Shown here: positions 18,151 to 27,606 of the stretch, in pieces
How positions within the stretch are numbered: position 1 is the first letter of the stretch
How the letters are laid out: each line of letters begins with the position of its first letter
Assembly: GCA_015064685.1 (NCBI GenBank)
Contig: SVRT01000004.1
Span: 55,883 to 119,882 of the forward strand
Length of the DNA stretch: 64,000 nt
Origin: Oscillospiraceae bacterium
GTDB taxonomy: Bacteria; Bacillota; Clostridia; Oscillospirales; CAG-272
Reading direction: 5' to 3'
Notes under the pieces: model-generated
The model's database searches: none
The model's input: the letters and a program-made list of their open reading frames with translations, nothing else
Told to the model about the DNA's origin: nothing
Position numbers and translations under genes: made by a program

Positions 18151-19905
18151 ATGAAAAAATGGATGAAATACGTAAAGCCATACCTGCTTTACTTTATTTT
18201 AGGACCGCTCTGTATGATCATCGAGGTCATAGGTGAGGTGCTTATGCCCCTCTACCTTGCCGAGGTCATAAACGGCGCGGTCTACGGCACGCTCACCACC
18301 GAGTCAAGCCTATGGGCTATGGTCAAGATGATCGGCACGGCGATAATGATGATGATAGGCGGTGTCGGCGGATCATATTTCGGTGCGAAGGCATCGGTAA
18401 ACTTTGCGGCAGACCTGCGCGCAGACCTTTTCAGAAAGGTACAGACATACAGCTTTGCCAACATAGATAAGTTCTCGACAGGCTCGCTCGTAACAAGACT
18501 TACCAACGACGTCACCCAGCTCCAGAACTTCGTAAATATGATGCTCCGTATGATGCTCCGCTCCCCCGGAATGCTCATCGGCGGCGTTATTATGGCGATA
18601 AAACTCAGCCCCTCGCTCTCGATAGTTATGGCGGTCACTATCCCCCTGCTTCTGCTTGCTATCACCTTTATCATCGCTCGCGGTATGCCCCGATTCTCCA
18701 AGATGCAGACCAAGATCGATACCCTCAACTCTACGGTGCAGGAGAACATCACCAACGTCCGCGTTGTAAAGTCCTTCGTGCGCGAGGATTTTGAGACCGA
18801 AAAATTCGGCAAGGCTAACTCCGAGCTAAAGGGCGCGGGTATGTCTGCTATGAAGAATATGATCTTTATGCAGCCCGTTCAGACCTTCTTTATGTATATC
18901 ACGACCGGACTCGTTATCTGGTTTGGAAGCCAGCTCGTTATAAATAACTACGACGCGGGAATCACTAATTTCAGTGTCGGTGAGCTTTCCTCATTTATCA
19001 ACTACGTCTCGCAGATCCTATTCTCTCTTATGATGGTCACGATGATGCTTATGATCTCCTCCCGTGCACTCGCGTCGGCTAAGCGTATCCGCGAGGTGCT
19101 TGACGAGGACATCGACATCAAGGACGCTGACGGCATTGACACAGATGCAAAAATTGAGGGCGGTAAAATCGAATTCCGAGGCGTGGCCTACCGCTACTAC
19201 AAGAACAGCGCAGAGCCTGTTCTCTCGGATATCAACCTCACGATCGAGGCGGGACAGACGGTCGGTATCATCGGCTCAACGGGATGCGGCAAGACCACTC
19301 TCGTCTCGCTCATTCCCCGTCTCTACGACGCTGACGAGGGCGAGATCCTCATCGACGGCAAGAACGTCAAGGATTACTCGCTCTACCACCTGCGCGAGGG
19401 TGTCGGAATGGTGCTTCAGAAGAACGTCCTCTTCTCGGGTACTATCGAGGACAACCTCCGTTGGGGTAACGAAAACGCGACCGACGAGGAGATGATGGCG
19501 GCGGCTGAGAGCGCTCAGGCGGATAAGTTCGTCAAGAACTTTACAAACGGCTATCAGACAGAGCTCGGTCAGGGCGGCGTTAACGTCTCGGGCGGACAGA
19601 AGCAAAGACTCTGTATCGCTCGCGCGCTTCTCAAAAATCCCAAGATAATCATTCTCGACGACTCGACGAGCGCGGTAGACACCGCGACCGAGGCGCAGAT
19701 CCGCAAAGCGTTTTCAAACGAGCTTGCGGCATCTACCAAGATAATCATCGCGCAGAGAATATCCTCCGTCAAGGATGCGGATATGATCGTCGTTATGGAC
19801 GACGGCAGGATCACGGGTGTCGGCACTCACGATTCTCTTCTTTCGTCCAACACCGAATACCAGGAGATCTATAACTCGCAGATCTCCGGAAAGGCAGGTG
19901 CTTGA
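18151..19905 (+). CDS. ABC transporter permease/ATP-binding protein (exporter half 1)
   Basis: Six-helix TMD followed by Walker A GSTGCGKTT, signature SGGQKQR and Walker B IIILDD. Confidence 0.9.
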   Translation: MKKWMKYVKPYLLYFILGPLCMIIEVIGEVLMPLYLAEVINGAVYGTLTTESSLWAMVKMIGTAIMMMIGGVGGSYFGAKASVNFAADLRADLFRKVQTYSFANIDKFSTGSLVTRLTNDVTQLQNFVNMMLRMMLRSPGMLIGGVIMAIKLSPSLSIVMAVTIPLLLLAITFIIARGMPRFSKMQTKIDTLNSTVQENITNVRVVKSFVREDFETEKFGKANSELKGAGMSAMKNMIFMQPVQTFFMYITTGLVIWFGSQLVINNYDAGITNFSVGELSSFINYVSQILFSLMMVTMMLMISSRALASAKRIREVLDEDIDIKDADGIDTDAKIEGGKIEFRGVAYRYYKNSAEPVLSDINLTIEAGQTVGIIGSTGCGKTTLVSLIPRLYDADEGEILIDGKNVKDYSLYHLREGVGMVLQKNVLFSGTIEDNLRWGNENATDEEMMAAAESAQADKFVKNFTNGYQTELGQGGVNVSGGQKQRLCIARALLKNPKIIILDDSTSAVDTATEAQIRKAFSNELAASTKIIIAQRISSVKDADMIVVMDDGRITGVGTHDSLLSSNTEYQEIYNSQISGKAGA

Positions 19906-19907
19906 TC

Positions 19908-21908
19908 ATGGCAAGAAGTCTTGAAACACTCCAGAAGCAGTATCACAGCACCCACAAGCCCGGCGCGCCCCAGATGGGTGGCGGCGGTCCTCGCGGAGGT
20001 CGCGGCGGCGGTCAGCGCGGTATGGGCGGCAAGCCCAAGAATATGAAGAAGACTGTCGGAAGACTCCTTCGCTACGTCGGTAAATACAAGGCTCTTCTCT
20101 TCGTCGTCCTCATATTTATGATGCTCAACACGGTAGCCTCCCTCGTCGGCGGTTACATGACAAGACCCATTATCAATCAGCTCTCGGAATACGTCGGTCT
20201 CGAGGTCGACCGTGAGACACTCTCAAGCCCCATCTATCAGGCTCTTGACACTGCTATCCGCGCGCTCAAGGACAGCGCGGTCGGATTCATCGGCGGTATG
20301 GTAGGCGACGGCTTTAATGAAAAGGCTACGGCGGTAATGTTCTATATCGCCGCGACCATTATGATACTCGTCTGTATATACGCCTTTACGATACTGACAA
20401 ACTATCTCCAGGCGAGAGTTATGGTGACTATCTCGCAAAACTCGATCGAAAAGATCAGAAACGACCTCTTTACAAAGCTCCAGAAGCTCCCCGTCAGGTT
20501 TTTCGACACGCATCCCACGGGTGAGGTCATGTCCCGCTTTACAAATGACGTCGACAATATCGACGTTATGCTCAATAACTCCTTGACCAGCATAGTATCG
20601 GGCGTTATCTCGCTCGTCGGCACCTTTGTATTTATGGTAACGACGAATATCTGGCTGACTCTCATCACCGTAGTATTCGTTCCCTTTTTCGCTATCGGAG
20701 GCGCAAAGATCGCGGGCGCGTCAAGAAAATATTACTCGGGTCAGCAGGCGGCGCTCGGCGCGGCAAACGGCTACGTTGAGGAGACCGTTACCGGTCAGAA
20801 GGTCGTTAAGGTATTCAACCACGAATCGACCTGCTGCGAGGAATTCGAGACCCTTAACGAGGACCTCCGCGACAAGCAGATGAAGGCTCAGTTCTACGGC
20901 GGAATCATGGGTCCCATTATGCACAACACGAGTATGATAAGCTACTCTGTCACCATCGGTGTCGGCGGAATACTCATGGTCATGGGCAGACTTGACCCCG
21001 GTGCGCTCCAGCTCTTCGCACAGTACTCAAAGCAGTTCAGCATGCCGATAAACAATATCTCTCAGCAGACCGCGGCTATCTTCTCTGCCCTTGCAGGCGC
21101 GGAGCGCGTGTTCGCGGTCATGGACGAGGCTCCCGAGACCCCCGACGGCGAGGGCGCGATAGATATGCCCGATATGAAGGGCGACGTCGTATTTGAGAAC
21201 GTTACCTTCGGATATAATCCCGACAAGGTCATACTCAAAAATCTCACGCTCTACGCGCATCCCGGTCAGAAGATCGCCTTTGTTGGCTCGACGGGCGCAG
21301 GTAAGACCACCGTCACCAATCTTTTGAGCAGATTCTACGATATCGAGTCGGGTACGATCACCATCGACGGTGTCAATATCAAGGACATCAAGCGCGACTC
21401 GCTCCGCTCGAATATCGCGATGGTGCTTCAGGATACCCACCTCTTTACGGGAACCGTCATGGAGAATATCCGCTACGGCAGACCCGATGCAACTGACGAC
21501 GAGGTCGTGCAGGCGGCTAAGACCGCAAGCGCGCACAGCTTTATTATGCGCCTTGAGAACGGCTACGACACTATGCTCGAGGGCGATGGCGCCAACCTCT
21601 CTCAGGGTCAGCGTCAGCTTCTCAATATCGCGCGTGCCGCTCTTTCAAAGGCTCCCATCCTCGTCCTCGACGAGGCAACAAGCTCGGTCGATACCCGTAC
21701 CGAGCGCCATATCGAGCATGGTATGGACAGACTTATGGCAACCCGTACTACCTTCGTTATCGCGCACAGACTCTCGACCGTCCGTAACTCAAACGCCATT
21801 ATGGTGCTTGAGCAGGGCGAGATAATCGAGCGCGGTACCCACGAGCAGCTGCTCGAAATGAAGGGCAGATACTACGAGCTCTATACAGGCAAGCGCGAGC
21901 TTGATTAA
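19908..21908 (+). CDS. ABC transporter permease/ATP-binding protein (exporter half 2)
   Basis: ATG at 19908; the track start at 19902 is TTG. Gly/Arg-rich N-terminus, TMD, Walker A GSTGAGKTT, signature LSQGQRQ, Walker B ILVLDE. Confidence 0.9.
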   Translation: MARSLETLQKQYHSTHKPGAPQMGGGGPRGGRGGGQRGMGGKPKNMKKTVGRLLRYVGKYKALLFVVLIFMMLNTVASLVGGYMTRPIINQLSEYVGLEVDRETLSSPIYQALDTAIRALKDSAVGFIGGMVGDGFNEKATAVMFYIAATIMILVCIYAFTILTNYLQARVMVTISQNSIEKIRNDLFTKLQKLPVRFFDTHPTGEVMSRFTNDVDNIDVMLNNSLTSIVSGVISLVGTFVFMVTTNIWLTLITVVFVPFFAIGGAKIAGASRKYYSGQQAALGAANGYVEETVTGQKVVKVFNHESTCCEEFETLNEDLRDKQMKAQFYGGIMGPIMHNTSMISYSVTIGVGGILMVMGRLDPGALQLFAQYSKQFSMPINNISQQTAAIFSALAGAERVFAVMDEAPETPDGEGAIDMPDMKGDVVFENVTFGYNPDKVILKNLTLYAHPGQKIAFVGSTGAGKTTVTNLLSRFYDIESGTITIDGVNIKDIKRDSLRSNIAMVLQDTHLFTGTVMENIRYGRPDATDDEVVQAAKTASAHSFIMRLENGYDTMLEGDGANLSQGQRQLLNIARAALSKAPILVLDEATSSVDTRTERHIEHGMDRLMATRTTFVIAHRLSTVRNSNAIMVLEQGEIIERGTHEQLLEMKGRYYELYTGKRELD

Positions 21909-21921
21909 TTGCTTTTTTTCC

Positions 21922-21956
21922 AAAAACAGAGGAAGCTTCGGTTTCCTCTGTTTTTT
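21922..21956 (+). terminator. intrinsic terminator
   Basis: AAAAA-CAGAGGAA-GCTTCGGT-TTCCTCTG-TTTTTT directly after the ABC operon. Confidence 0.85.
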
Positions 21957-21957
21957 G

Positions 21958-22202
21958 TTAATTGCAATTTAACGAGGAGACAATCCCTCAGTCGCCTATG
22001 GCGACAGCTCCCTTTACACAAGGGAGCTTTGTTGGTGGACGTTTGTGCGCTTTGTAGCCGTGAAATCATTTACGGATAAAGTGAAACTCACTACAGCCTC
22101 GTTCTCAACCTTTGAGGTGAAGCTCCCTTGTGTAAAGGGAGCTGTCGAGCGAATGCGAGACTGAGGGATTGTTCGAACGCCCCGACAAATCAAAATTTAA
22201 AG
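21958..22202 (+). repeat. type I nested palindromic element, copy 8 (Ib, degenerate left terminus)
   Basis: TAATTGCAATTTAACGAGGAGACAATCCCTCAG, module GTCGCCTATGGCGAC, hairpin AGCTCCCTTTACACAAGGGAGCT, centre TTGTTGGTGGACG..., right module GTCGAGCGAATGCGAGAC, then ...GACAAATCAAAATTTAAA. Confidence 0.85.
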
Positions 22203-22208
22203 GTCAGA

Positions 22209-22628
22209 TTATTTTGCCGCTTCGCCAAGCGAGCGGGCAACGGCGGCTTCGAAGAATTCGCGCCAATGCTGATCCTCGGCGCTCTCCGCTTTAGATATAG
22301 AGTAGCTTGGATTAGTTTTATTTTGTTTAGATATAGCCCAAGCCCCCCTTGAAGCCCCCTTGGTGGCACCCGATTGATCTTCGGTCTGATTTTTCTTGAT
22401 GCTCGCGCCAATAGAACCGTACGCGCTGTACTCGAGCCGACGGTCGATGCAAGGGAAGATCATCGTTGCGACGGGTTTGGCTTTTCCCTTGAATTCCATA
22501 GGCTTTTCGCCATATATCTGATACCTGTATACCGCCCAAAGTATCCTCTTAAAATCGCTTGCGCTGAGGTCTTGCATAGCCTCAAACCATTCGTTGTAGA
22601 TGAGAACGCCCTTATGTACTTGTCCCAT
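22209..22628 (-). CDS. small hypothetical protein, DUF6291-like (phage/mobile-element associated family)
   Basis: 139 aa. LIYNEWFEAMQDLSASDFKRILWAVYRYQIYGEKPMEFKGKAKPVATMIFPCIDRRLEY resembles the DUF6291 N-terminal pattern as I recall it. It is an isolated gene bracketed by two repeat elements. Confidence 0.4.
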   Translation of the reverse strand: MGQVHKGVLIYNEWFEAMQDLSASDFKRILWAVYRYQIYGEKPMEFKGKAKPVATMIFPCIDRRLEYSAYGSIGASIKKNQTEDQSGATKGASRGAWAISKQNKTNPSYSISKAESAEDQHWREFFEAAVARSLGEAAK

Positions 22629-22834
22629 TTTTTACTCCTTTTTTAAAAAAAATTATATGAATTTTTTGTGACCACGAGGTAATTCGAGTGCAATTTGATT
22701 GCAACCCGAGGTCAATTGCGATCAGTTCCGCAACAACATTATAGCACATTTGTTCTGTTTTGTCGGCTCCAAAATGGAAAAAATTTTTTTTCATCCTCGA
22801 AATGGGGAAAAAATTTGTAATCTTTCAAGTATAT

Positions 22835-23092
22835 AAATTGGGGTTTTACGAATAGCCTTCTCCAGCGGAGAAGGGGGACCACCGAAGGTGGTGGATGAGG
22901 AGGTCGCCATTAGGATGTATTTCACGGGAGCGGTGTGGATTTTGTCTTTTCGCGCAAAGATTCTTATGCATCGGAACAAGGTCTTTACACGGACGCGAAG
23001 CCCACAAAAGGGCGACCTCCTCATCCACCGCTAACGCGGTCCCCCTTCCCCGCTGGGGAAGGCTAAAGGCACCGATAAATCAAAATTTGAAA
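22835..23092 (+). repeat. type II element: same termini, interior built from CCTTCYCC/GGRGAAGG and GGTGGATGAGGAGGTCGCC modules
   Basis: AAATTGGGGTTTTACGAA ... CACCGATAAATCAAAATTTGAAA. Arms carry sub-hairpins CCTTCTCCAGCGGAGAAGG, ACCACCGAAGGTGGT / ACCGCTAACGCGGT and CCTTCCCCGCTGGGGAAGG. Confidence 0.9.
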
Positions 23093-23125
23093 CAAAAAAA
23101 GGGCTGACGGTGTCAGCCCTTTTGG
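23093..23125 (-). terminator. intrinsic terminator of the vWA operon
   Basis: GGGCTGAC-GGT-GTCAGCCC with a T-run on the minus strand (complement of AAAAAAA at 23094-23100). The same stem sequence recurs at 27861-27881. Confidence 0.8.
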
Positions 23126-23132
23126 GTGTAGA

Positions 23133-24953
23133 TTATTTTCTTGTTACGAGGGCTCTAACAAGCTCGCGGAATTCGAGCTTATAGGGGTCGGTAAGTGTGA
23201 GGGAGTCGAGCTCCTCGAGTACGTCCTCAATCGAGATCTCGCCGTCGTAGCTGAGGTTGCGGAGAAGCGCTGTAAGCTCGATTACCGCTCCGATAAAGCG
23301 TGTGTCCTCGCTCGGCTGTACCGCAATGTCCTGACCGCCTACGGTATACTCATTAAGGAGGCTGATAGGCTCACCGGGGTTCTTATAGCGCACTCTGAGC
23401 GTCATATAGGTCGCGCCGTCACTGTCATTGGGCTTGAGCTTTAACTCATAGCAGACAGTTACCTGGTGCGAGGCTCCTACCTCGCCTGCGTCCTTTGTAT
23501 CGTCCTCAAAATCATCCTTGTCAAGGACTCTGTTATCGTATCCGATAAGGCGGTATGCCTCTACGTATGCGGGATCGAACTCCACCTGGAGCTTTACGTC
23601 GTTCGCGACGGTATAAAGCGTACCCGTGAGGTCTGTTCCGAATACCTTCTCTGCCTCGCTCTCGCCGTCGATGTAATAATACACACCGTTTCCGTTATCA
23701 GCGAGCGCTTCCATTCTGTCGTCACGGTAGTTGCCCGTTCCAAAGCCGAGAACCGAGAGGTATATTCCCTGATCTCTCTTTTCCTCGATGTACTTTGTCA
23801 GCTCGGTCGCGGAAGAAATACCAACGTTGAGGTCACCGTCCGATGCCATGATTATACGGTTATTTCCACCCTCGATAAAGTGCTTTTCGGCGATCTGATA
23901 AGCCATGGTAAGTCCTGCCTCGCCGTTAGTCGAGCCCGAAGCCTTAAGAGAGTTTATCGCGTTCATTATCGTCTCGGTATCAGCACCCTTGCAGCCGTCA
24001 AGCACGACTGCCTCATGTCCCGAATAGGTTACGATAGAAACCGTGTCATTGGGTCCGAGATTGCCAACGAGATAGGAGAATGCCTTCTGAAGCAGGGGAA
24101 GCTTATCTGTCGACGACATAGATCCCGAAACGTCAATGAGGAATATGAGGTTATTTCCCTTGGTGTTTACCACGTTCTCTGCCTGGAGCGTTACGCGGAA
24201 AAGCATCGTGTTCTCGTCCCACGGACAAGGCGCGATCTCGGTAACAACTCCGAAAAGCTCGTTCTCTGCGGGCTGGGGTACGTCGTATCTGAAGTAATTT
24301 ATGAACTCTTCGGTTCTGAACGCAGAGTTGCCTCTGAGCATGCTGAATGCATATCCGCTGTTGACAAGCTTGCGGAAGAACGTGTACGATGCCGTGTCAA
24401 CGTCCGCCGAGAAGGTTGAATACTTGTTGTCGCTTGTATTTGTAAAGGGCTTTGTGATAAAGGGGTTCTCGGGAACTATTACGTCGCATGGATGATCGGT
24501 CTCGTTTTCAACGCCTGTGTTCACCTCGGTCTCGTTTTCAACGCCTGTGTTCACCTCGGTCTCGCCCTTTTCAGCATCGTCACCCCCATCGGGAGGCGTA
24601 GGATCACCAACTTCAGGCTCGCTGGGTTTCATTTCCTCCTCGGGCTCCATATCCACGCCACCTTCTATTTCGGCATCACCCGGCATACTGTAATCGGGAG
24701 CCTCCTCATCATTCCAGTTATCGCCGAGAGATCCGTCCGGGATGCCGCCCAAAGATCCCGTAGAGCCGTTGATAATGCTGCCTTCGCCTTTATTATCACC
24801 GTTGCCGCCGTTCAGGATCCCGTCATATCCGTTATCCACTCTGTCGCCACCCATATTCGCATTCTCGTCGGCCTTCGACGCGTCGCAAGCGATAAACGAG
24901 AAGGTCAGGAGAAGCGCAAGCATAAGTGCAAATACCTTAATAAACTTTTTCAT
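23133..24953 (-). CDS. von Willebrand factor type A domain lipoprotein (YfbK-like)
   Basis: Lipobox LLTFSFIAC. Acidic low-complexity linker. FSADVDTASYTFFRK N-terminal domain. MIDAS motif LIFLIDVSGSMSS. The C-terminal part is DUF3520-like. Confidence 0.8.
   Translation of the reverse strand: MKKFIKVFALMLALLLTFSFIACDASKADENANMGGDRVDNGYDGILNGGNGDNKGEGSIINGSTGSLGGIPDGSLGDNWNDEEAPDYSMPGDAEIEGGVDMEPEEEMKPSEPEVGDPTPPDGGDDAEKGETEVNTGVENETEVNTGVENETDHPCDVIVPENPFITKPFTNTSDNKYSTFSADVDTASYTFFRKLVNSGYAFSMLRGNSAFRTEEFINYFRYDVPQPAENELFGVVTEIAPCPWDENTMLFRVTLQAENVVNTKGNNLIFLIDVSGSMSSTDKLPLLQKAFSYLVGNLGPNDTVSIVTYSGHEAVVLDGCKGADTETIMNAINSLKASGSTNGEAGLTMAYQIAEKHFIEGGNNRIIMASDGDLNVGISSATELTKYIEEKRDQGIYLSVLGFGTGNYRDDRMEALADNGNGVYYYIDGESEAEKVFGTDLTGTLYTVANDVKLQVEFDPAYVEAYRLIGYDNRVLDKDDFEDDTKDAGEVGASHQVTVCYELKLKPNDSDGATYMTLRVRYKNPGEPISLLNEYTVGGQDIAVQPSEDTRFIGAVIELTALLRNLSYDGEISIEDVLEELDSLTLTDPYKLEFRELVRALVTRK
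24498..24557. repeat. perfect 30-bp tandem duplication inside the vWA gene linker
   Basis: GGTCTCGTTTTCAACGCCTGTGTTCACCTC x2, followed by a partial third GGTCTCG. It encodes ETEVNTGVEN twice. Confidence 0.9.
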
Positions 24954-24981
24954 AACAAAACCATCCTTTCGAAATTTAATT

Positions 24982-25620
24982 TCAGCTTAAGATCCCTTGT
25001 ATTCTTGTGACGAATTCCTCTGAGGGGATTATCTCGGGTTCGTAATCAAACACCTCGGTCGAAATATTGCCCGATGTAGCTACGAGATATGGGGAGATCA
25101 CCCTGCCGTCTCCGAGAAGCACCCAGACTCTGCAATTGAGCTCGGGCGACTCGGCTCCGACGTAGTATCCGCATCCGATCTCGACCTTGAGGCTTTCAAG
25201 CTCTGCCCCTTCTATTCCCTCGCTGACGTAGTATCCTCCGTCACCGGAATACTGCCAGACCACGTGCGCCATACCGTCAAAATACGGGAGCGTGTCGGCA
25301 TCTGCGAGGTACTCGTATCCATCTCCGCCCTCGATTGAGCTGAGGAAGGAATCAAGCGTACCCGTCTGCGCAGGTGCTTGGGGTGCGTCGTTGAATTCGG
25401 GTGCGACACTGTCTCCCTTCTTTTCGTCGGCAAGCCTGCCGATCACTCCAAGTCCCATCATAATCGTCAGGAATACCGCGACCGTTGCCGCAAGGATCAC
25501 AAGCCTTGAGCCTGCTCTCCGTCTCGGTCGGTACGCCAGCGCCTCGGCAAGAAGAGTGTCGTCGATCTCTCCGATGCCCTCAAGGAGCATTTCGGCTTTT
25601 ATTATCTTTTCATTATTCAT
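24982..25620 (-). CDS. single-pass membrane protein, possible anti-sigma factor
   Basis: The start overlaps the sigma gene stop (ATGA). One TM helix (LVILAATVAVFLTIMMGLGVIG). No recognisable anti-sigma zinc motif, so the role is inferred from position only. Confidence 0.45.
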   Translation of the reverse strand: MNNEKIIKAEMLLEGIGEIDDTLLAEALAYRPRRRAGSRLVILAATVAVFLTIMMGLGVIGRLADEKKGDSVAPEFNDAPQAPAQTGTLDSFLSSIEGGDGYEYLADADTLPYFDGMAHVVWQYSGDGGYYVSEGIEGAELESLKVEIGCGYYVGAESPELNCRVWVLLGDGRVISPYLVATSGNISTEVFDYEPEIIPSEEFVTRIQGILS

Positions 25621-26168
25621 AACAAGCCCTCCTCCTCAAGTAATTTTCTGAGATCAAGTCTCATTCTGTGCAGCGCGGTCTTTACGCGTGACTCGCCCGA
25701 GCCTACCTTTAAGGCGACCTCCTCGATCGACTTCGAATAGAAATAGCGCAGAATAAACATCGCTCTCTTCTCTCTGTCGCAGGAATAAAGGAATTTGTTG
25801 ATTATCTCCTTTATCCGCTCGCTGTCGCTCCCAAGCCACTCCTCCTCGACGTCGGGTATACATTCGGTAAGCTCCGCGCAGAGATTGTCTATTCCTCCGC
25901 GCCGCTCCGTGTGTCTTCGGCGGAAGCAGTCTATCGAGATTCGTCTCACTATCTTGGACAGAAACGCTCCGAGATAGTCGGGTCTGGCTGTCGGCATCGA
26001 GTTCCAGGCATCTATGTACGTGTCGTTGACACATTCCTCCGCATCCTCCCTTGAGGAAAGCAAGGAATATGACAATGAGCTTAACATCCTGCCGTACTTT
26101 TTGTCCGACTCGCTTATCGCCGCCTCGTCGCGCGCCCAATAGAGATCAACTATTTTCGAGTCTTCCAT
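25617..26168 (-). CDS. ECF-type sigma-70 family RNA polymerase sigma factor
   Basis: 183 aa with region 2 (DAEECVNDTYIDAW) and region 4 (SIEEVALKVGSGESRVKTALHRMRLDLRKLL) patterns. Confidence 0.85.
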   Translation of the reverse strand: MEDSKIVDLYWARDEAAISESDKKYGRMLSSLSYSLLSSREDAEECVNDTYIDAWNSMPTARPDYLGAFLSKIVRRISIDCFRRRHTERRGGIDNLCAELTECIPDVEEEWLGSDSERIKEIINKFLYSCDREKRAMFILRYFYSKSIEEVALKVGSGESRVKTALHRMRLDLRKLLEEEGLL

Positions 26169-26318
26169 GGCGGTCTCCTTTTCTTTTTTTCGGGCTTCAA
26201 CCTATATGTCGCAAAAAAATGTGGATGGTTACATTTTTTTGCTATTTTTTTCAAATTTTTTTCTAAGCCTTCACCCGTTGACTTTATCTTACCATATTAT
26301 TTATATTGTGTCAATGAT

Positions 26319-26571
26319 AAATTGCGGTTTATGTGGGAGGCGAACAATCCCTCAGTCTCGCATTCGCTCGACAGCTCCCTTTACACAAGGGAGCTTTACC
26401 TGAAAGGTGGGGAACGTGGATATAGTGAAGTTTTCTTTAAATTTAAAAGGGTTTCACATCTATGATGCGTACGAACATCCACCAACAAAGCTCCCTTGTG
26501 TAAAGGGAGCTGTCACGCCTTGTGCGTGACTGAGGGATTGTTCGAACTCACCGCCAAATCAAAATTTGAAA
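26319..26571 (+). repeat. type I nested palindromic element, copy 9 (Ia)
   Basis: AAATTGCGGTTTATGTGGGAGGCGAACAATCCCTCAG ... CTGAGGGATTGTTCGAACTCACCGCCAAATCAAAATTTGAAA. Same module set as copies 3 and 6. Confidence 0.9.
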
Positions 26572-26601
26572 ATGACTTTTTTTGATGTTCATAAATTGCA
26601 A

Positions 26602-26630
26602 TTGAAAAATCCCCCGGGGAGTGATATACT
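26602..26630 (+). promoter_or_regulatory. sigma-A type promoter for the hydrolase gene
   Basis: TTGAAA, 17 nt, TATACT (26625-26630). Confidence 0.5.
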
Positions 26631-26667
26631 TACACTAAGCTCACGGCAGACACGCGGAGGTGAAAAT

Positions 26668-27567
26668 ATGGATCAATTAAAGCAAAAATGGCTTGACGCG
26701 CTCGGCAAGCCTTCATATACAAAGACCTACGGCAAGGCTACGCTCGTCTCTTCCTTCTCGACCGACGAATTCGACGCCGAATGGTACCGTCAGGAAAACG
26801 GAGATGGCAAAACGCAGCGCGTGCTGATGCTTCTTCCCAAGCACCTCGAGGAAAACTCGCCCGCAATCGTTATTCCCTTCTATTTTCCCGAGGCTCTGCT
26901 TGCCTTTGATCACGCAACCGGCGAGGAGCTCGAATATTACAAGGGGCTTGAAATGATGCTCCACCTCGTTCGCCGCGGATACGTGGTCATTTCCGCGGAC
27001 GCTTATCATTTGAATTATATCGACAGCGACAAGGATCGCAGAGACTTTACTCGCTGGCAGGACGCTGCGAATTCGCTCCGCGCCGACCATCCCTATTACA
27101 GCGGTATGGGTAAGCTTGTTGATGACACAAGGCTTTTGATCGATCTGCTCGACTCGGATGGTCGAGTTGACAGCTCACGCATCGGCATTGCGGGACACTC
27201 GCTCGGGGGTAAGATGGCATTCTACACGGGCTGCCTGGACGAGCGGATCAAGGTAATTGTCGCAAGTGATTTCGGCATTGGATGGCATCAGACGAATTGG
27301 AAGGACGATTGGTATTGGGGCAAGGATGCAAAGAGGCTCGAGGAGGCTGGATTTGACCATTCCGAGCTGCTCACGATCGCCCAAAAGCCATTCTGTCTCA
27401 TCGCAGGCCTCTATGACACCGACGAGAGCCTCGAGATCGCACTCCGCGCCGACGGATACGAAAACGACGGCGAAAAGCTCAAGTTCATTAACCACGCTAC
27501 GGGTCACCGCCCCCCTATGTGGACGCTCGACCAAGGGTATGATTTCCTTGATAAGTGGTTGAAATAA
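26668..27567 (+). CDS. alpha/beta hydrolase (dienelactone hydrolase / esterase-like)
   Basis: ATG at 26668 with a GGAGGTG RBS; the track start lies in the repeat. Nucleophile elbow GIAGHSLGGKMA and a C-terminal HATGH. Confidence 0.65.
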   Translation: MDQLKQKWLDALGKPSYTKTYGKATLVSSFSTDEFDAEWYRQENGDGKTQRVLMLLPKHLEENSPAIVIPFYFPEALLAFDHATGEELEYYKGLEMMLHLVRRGYVVISADAYHLNYIDSDKDRRDFTRWQDAANSLRADHPYYSGMGKLVDDTRLLIDLLDSDGRVDSSRIGIAGHSLGGKMAFYTGCLDERIKVIVASDFGIGWHQTNWKDDWYWGKDAKRLEEAGFDHSELLTIAQKPFCLIAGLYDTDESLEIALRADGYENDGEKLKFINHATGHRPPMWTLDQGYDFLDKWLK

Positions 27568-27572
27568 AAAAT

Positions 27573-27602
27573 AAGGAAGAGATGAAAGTCTCTTCCTTTT
27601 TT
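27573..27602 (+). terminator. intrinsic terminator
   Basis: GGAAGAGA-TGAAAG-TCTCTTCC followed by TTTTTT. Confidence 0.8.
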
Positions 27603-27606
27603 GATG

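Noticed and set aside
22209-22628. Prophage or integrative element around the DUF6291-like gene
   Set aside because: A single small gene with a weak family resemblance is the only evidence. There is no integrase, capsid, terminase or att-like direct repeats beyond the generic intergenic elements.
22895-23107. Short ORFs translating type II elements (MRRSP..., also 22791-23024, 49185-49370, 49238-49426)
   Set aside because: They are read in both directions from an inverted repeat. They have no RBS and lie entirely within repeat boundaries.
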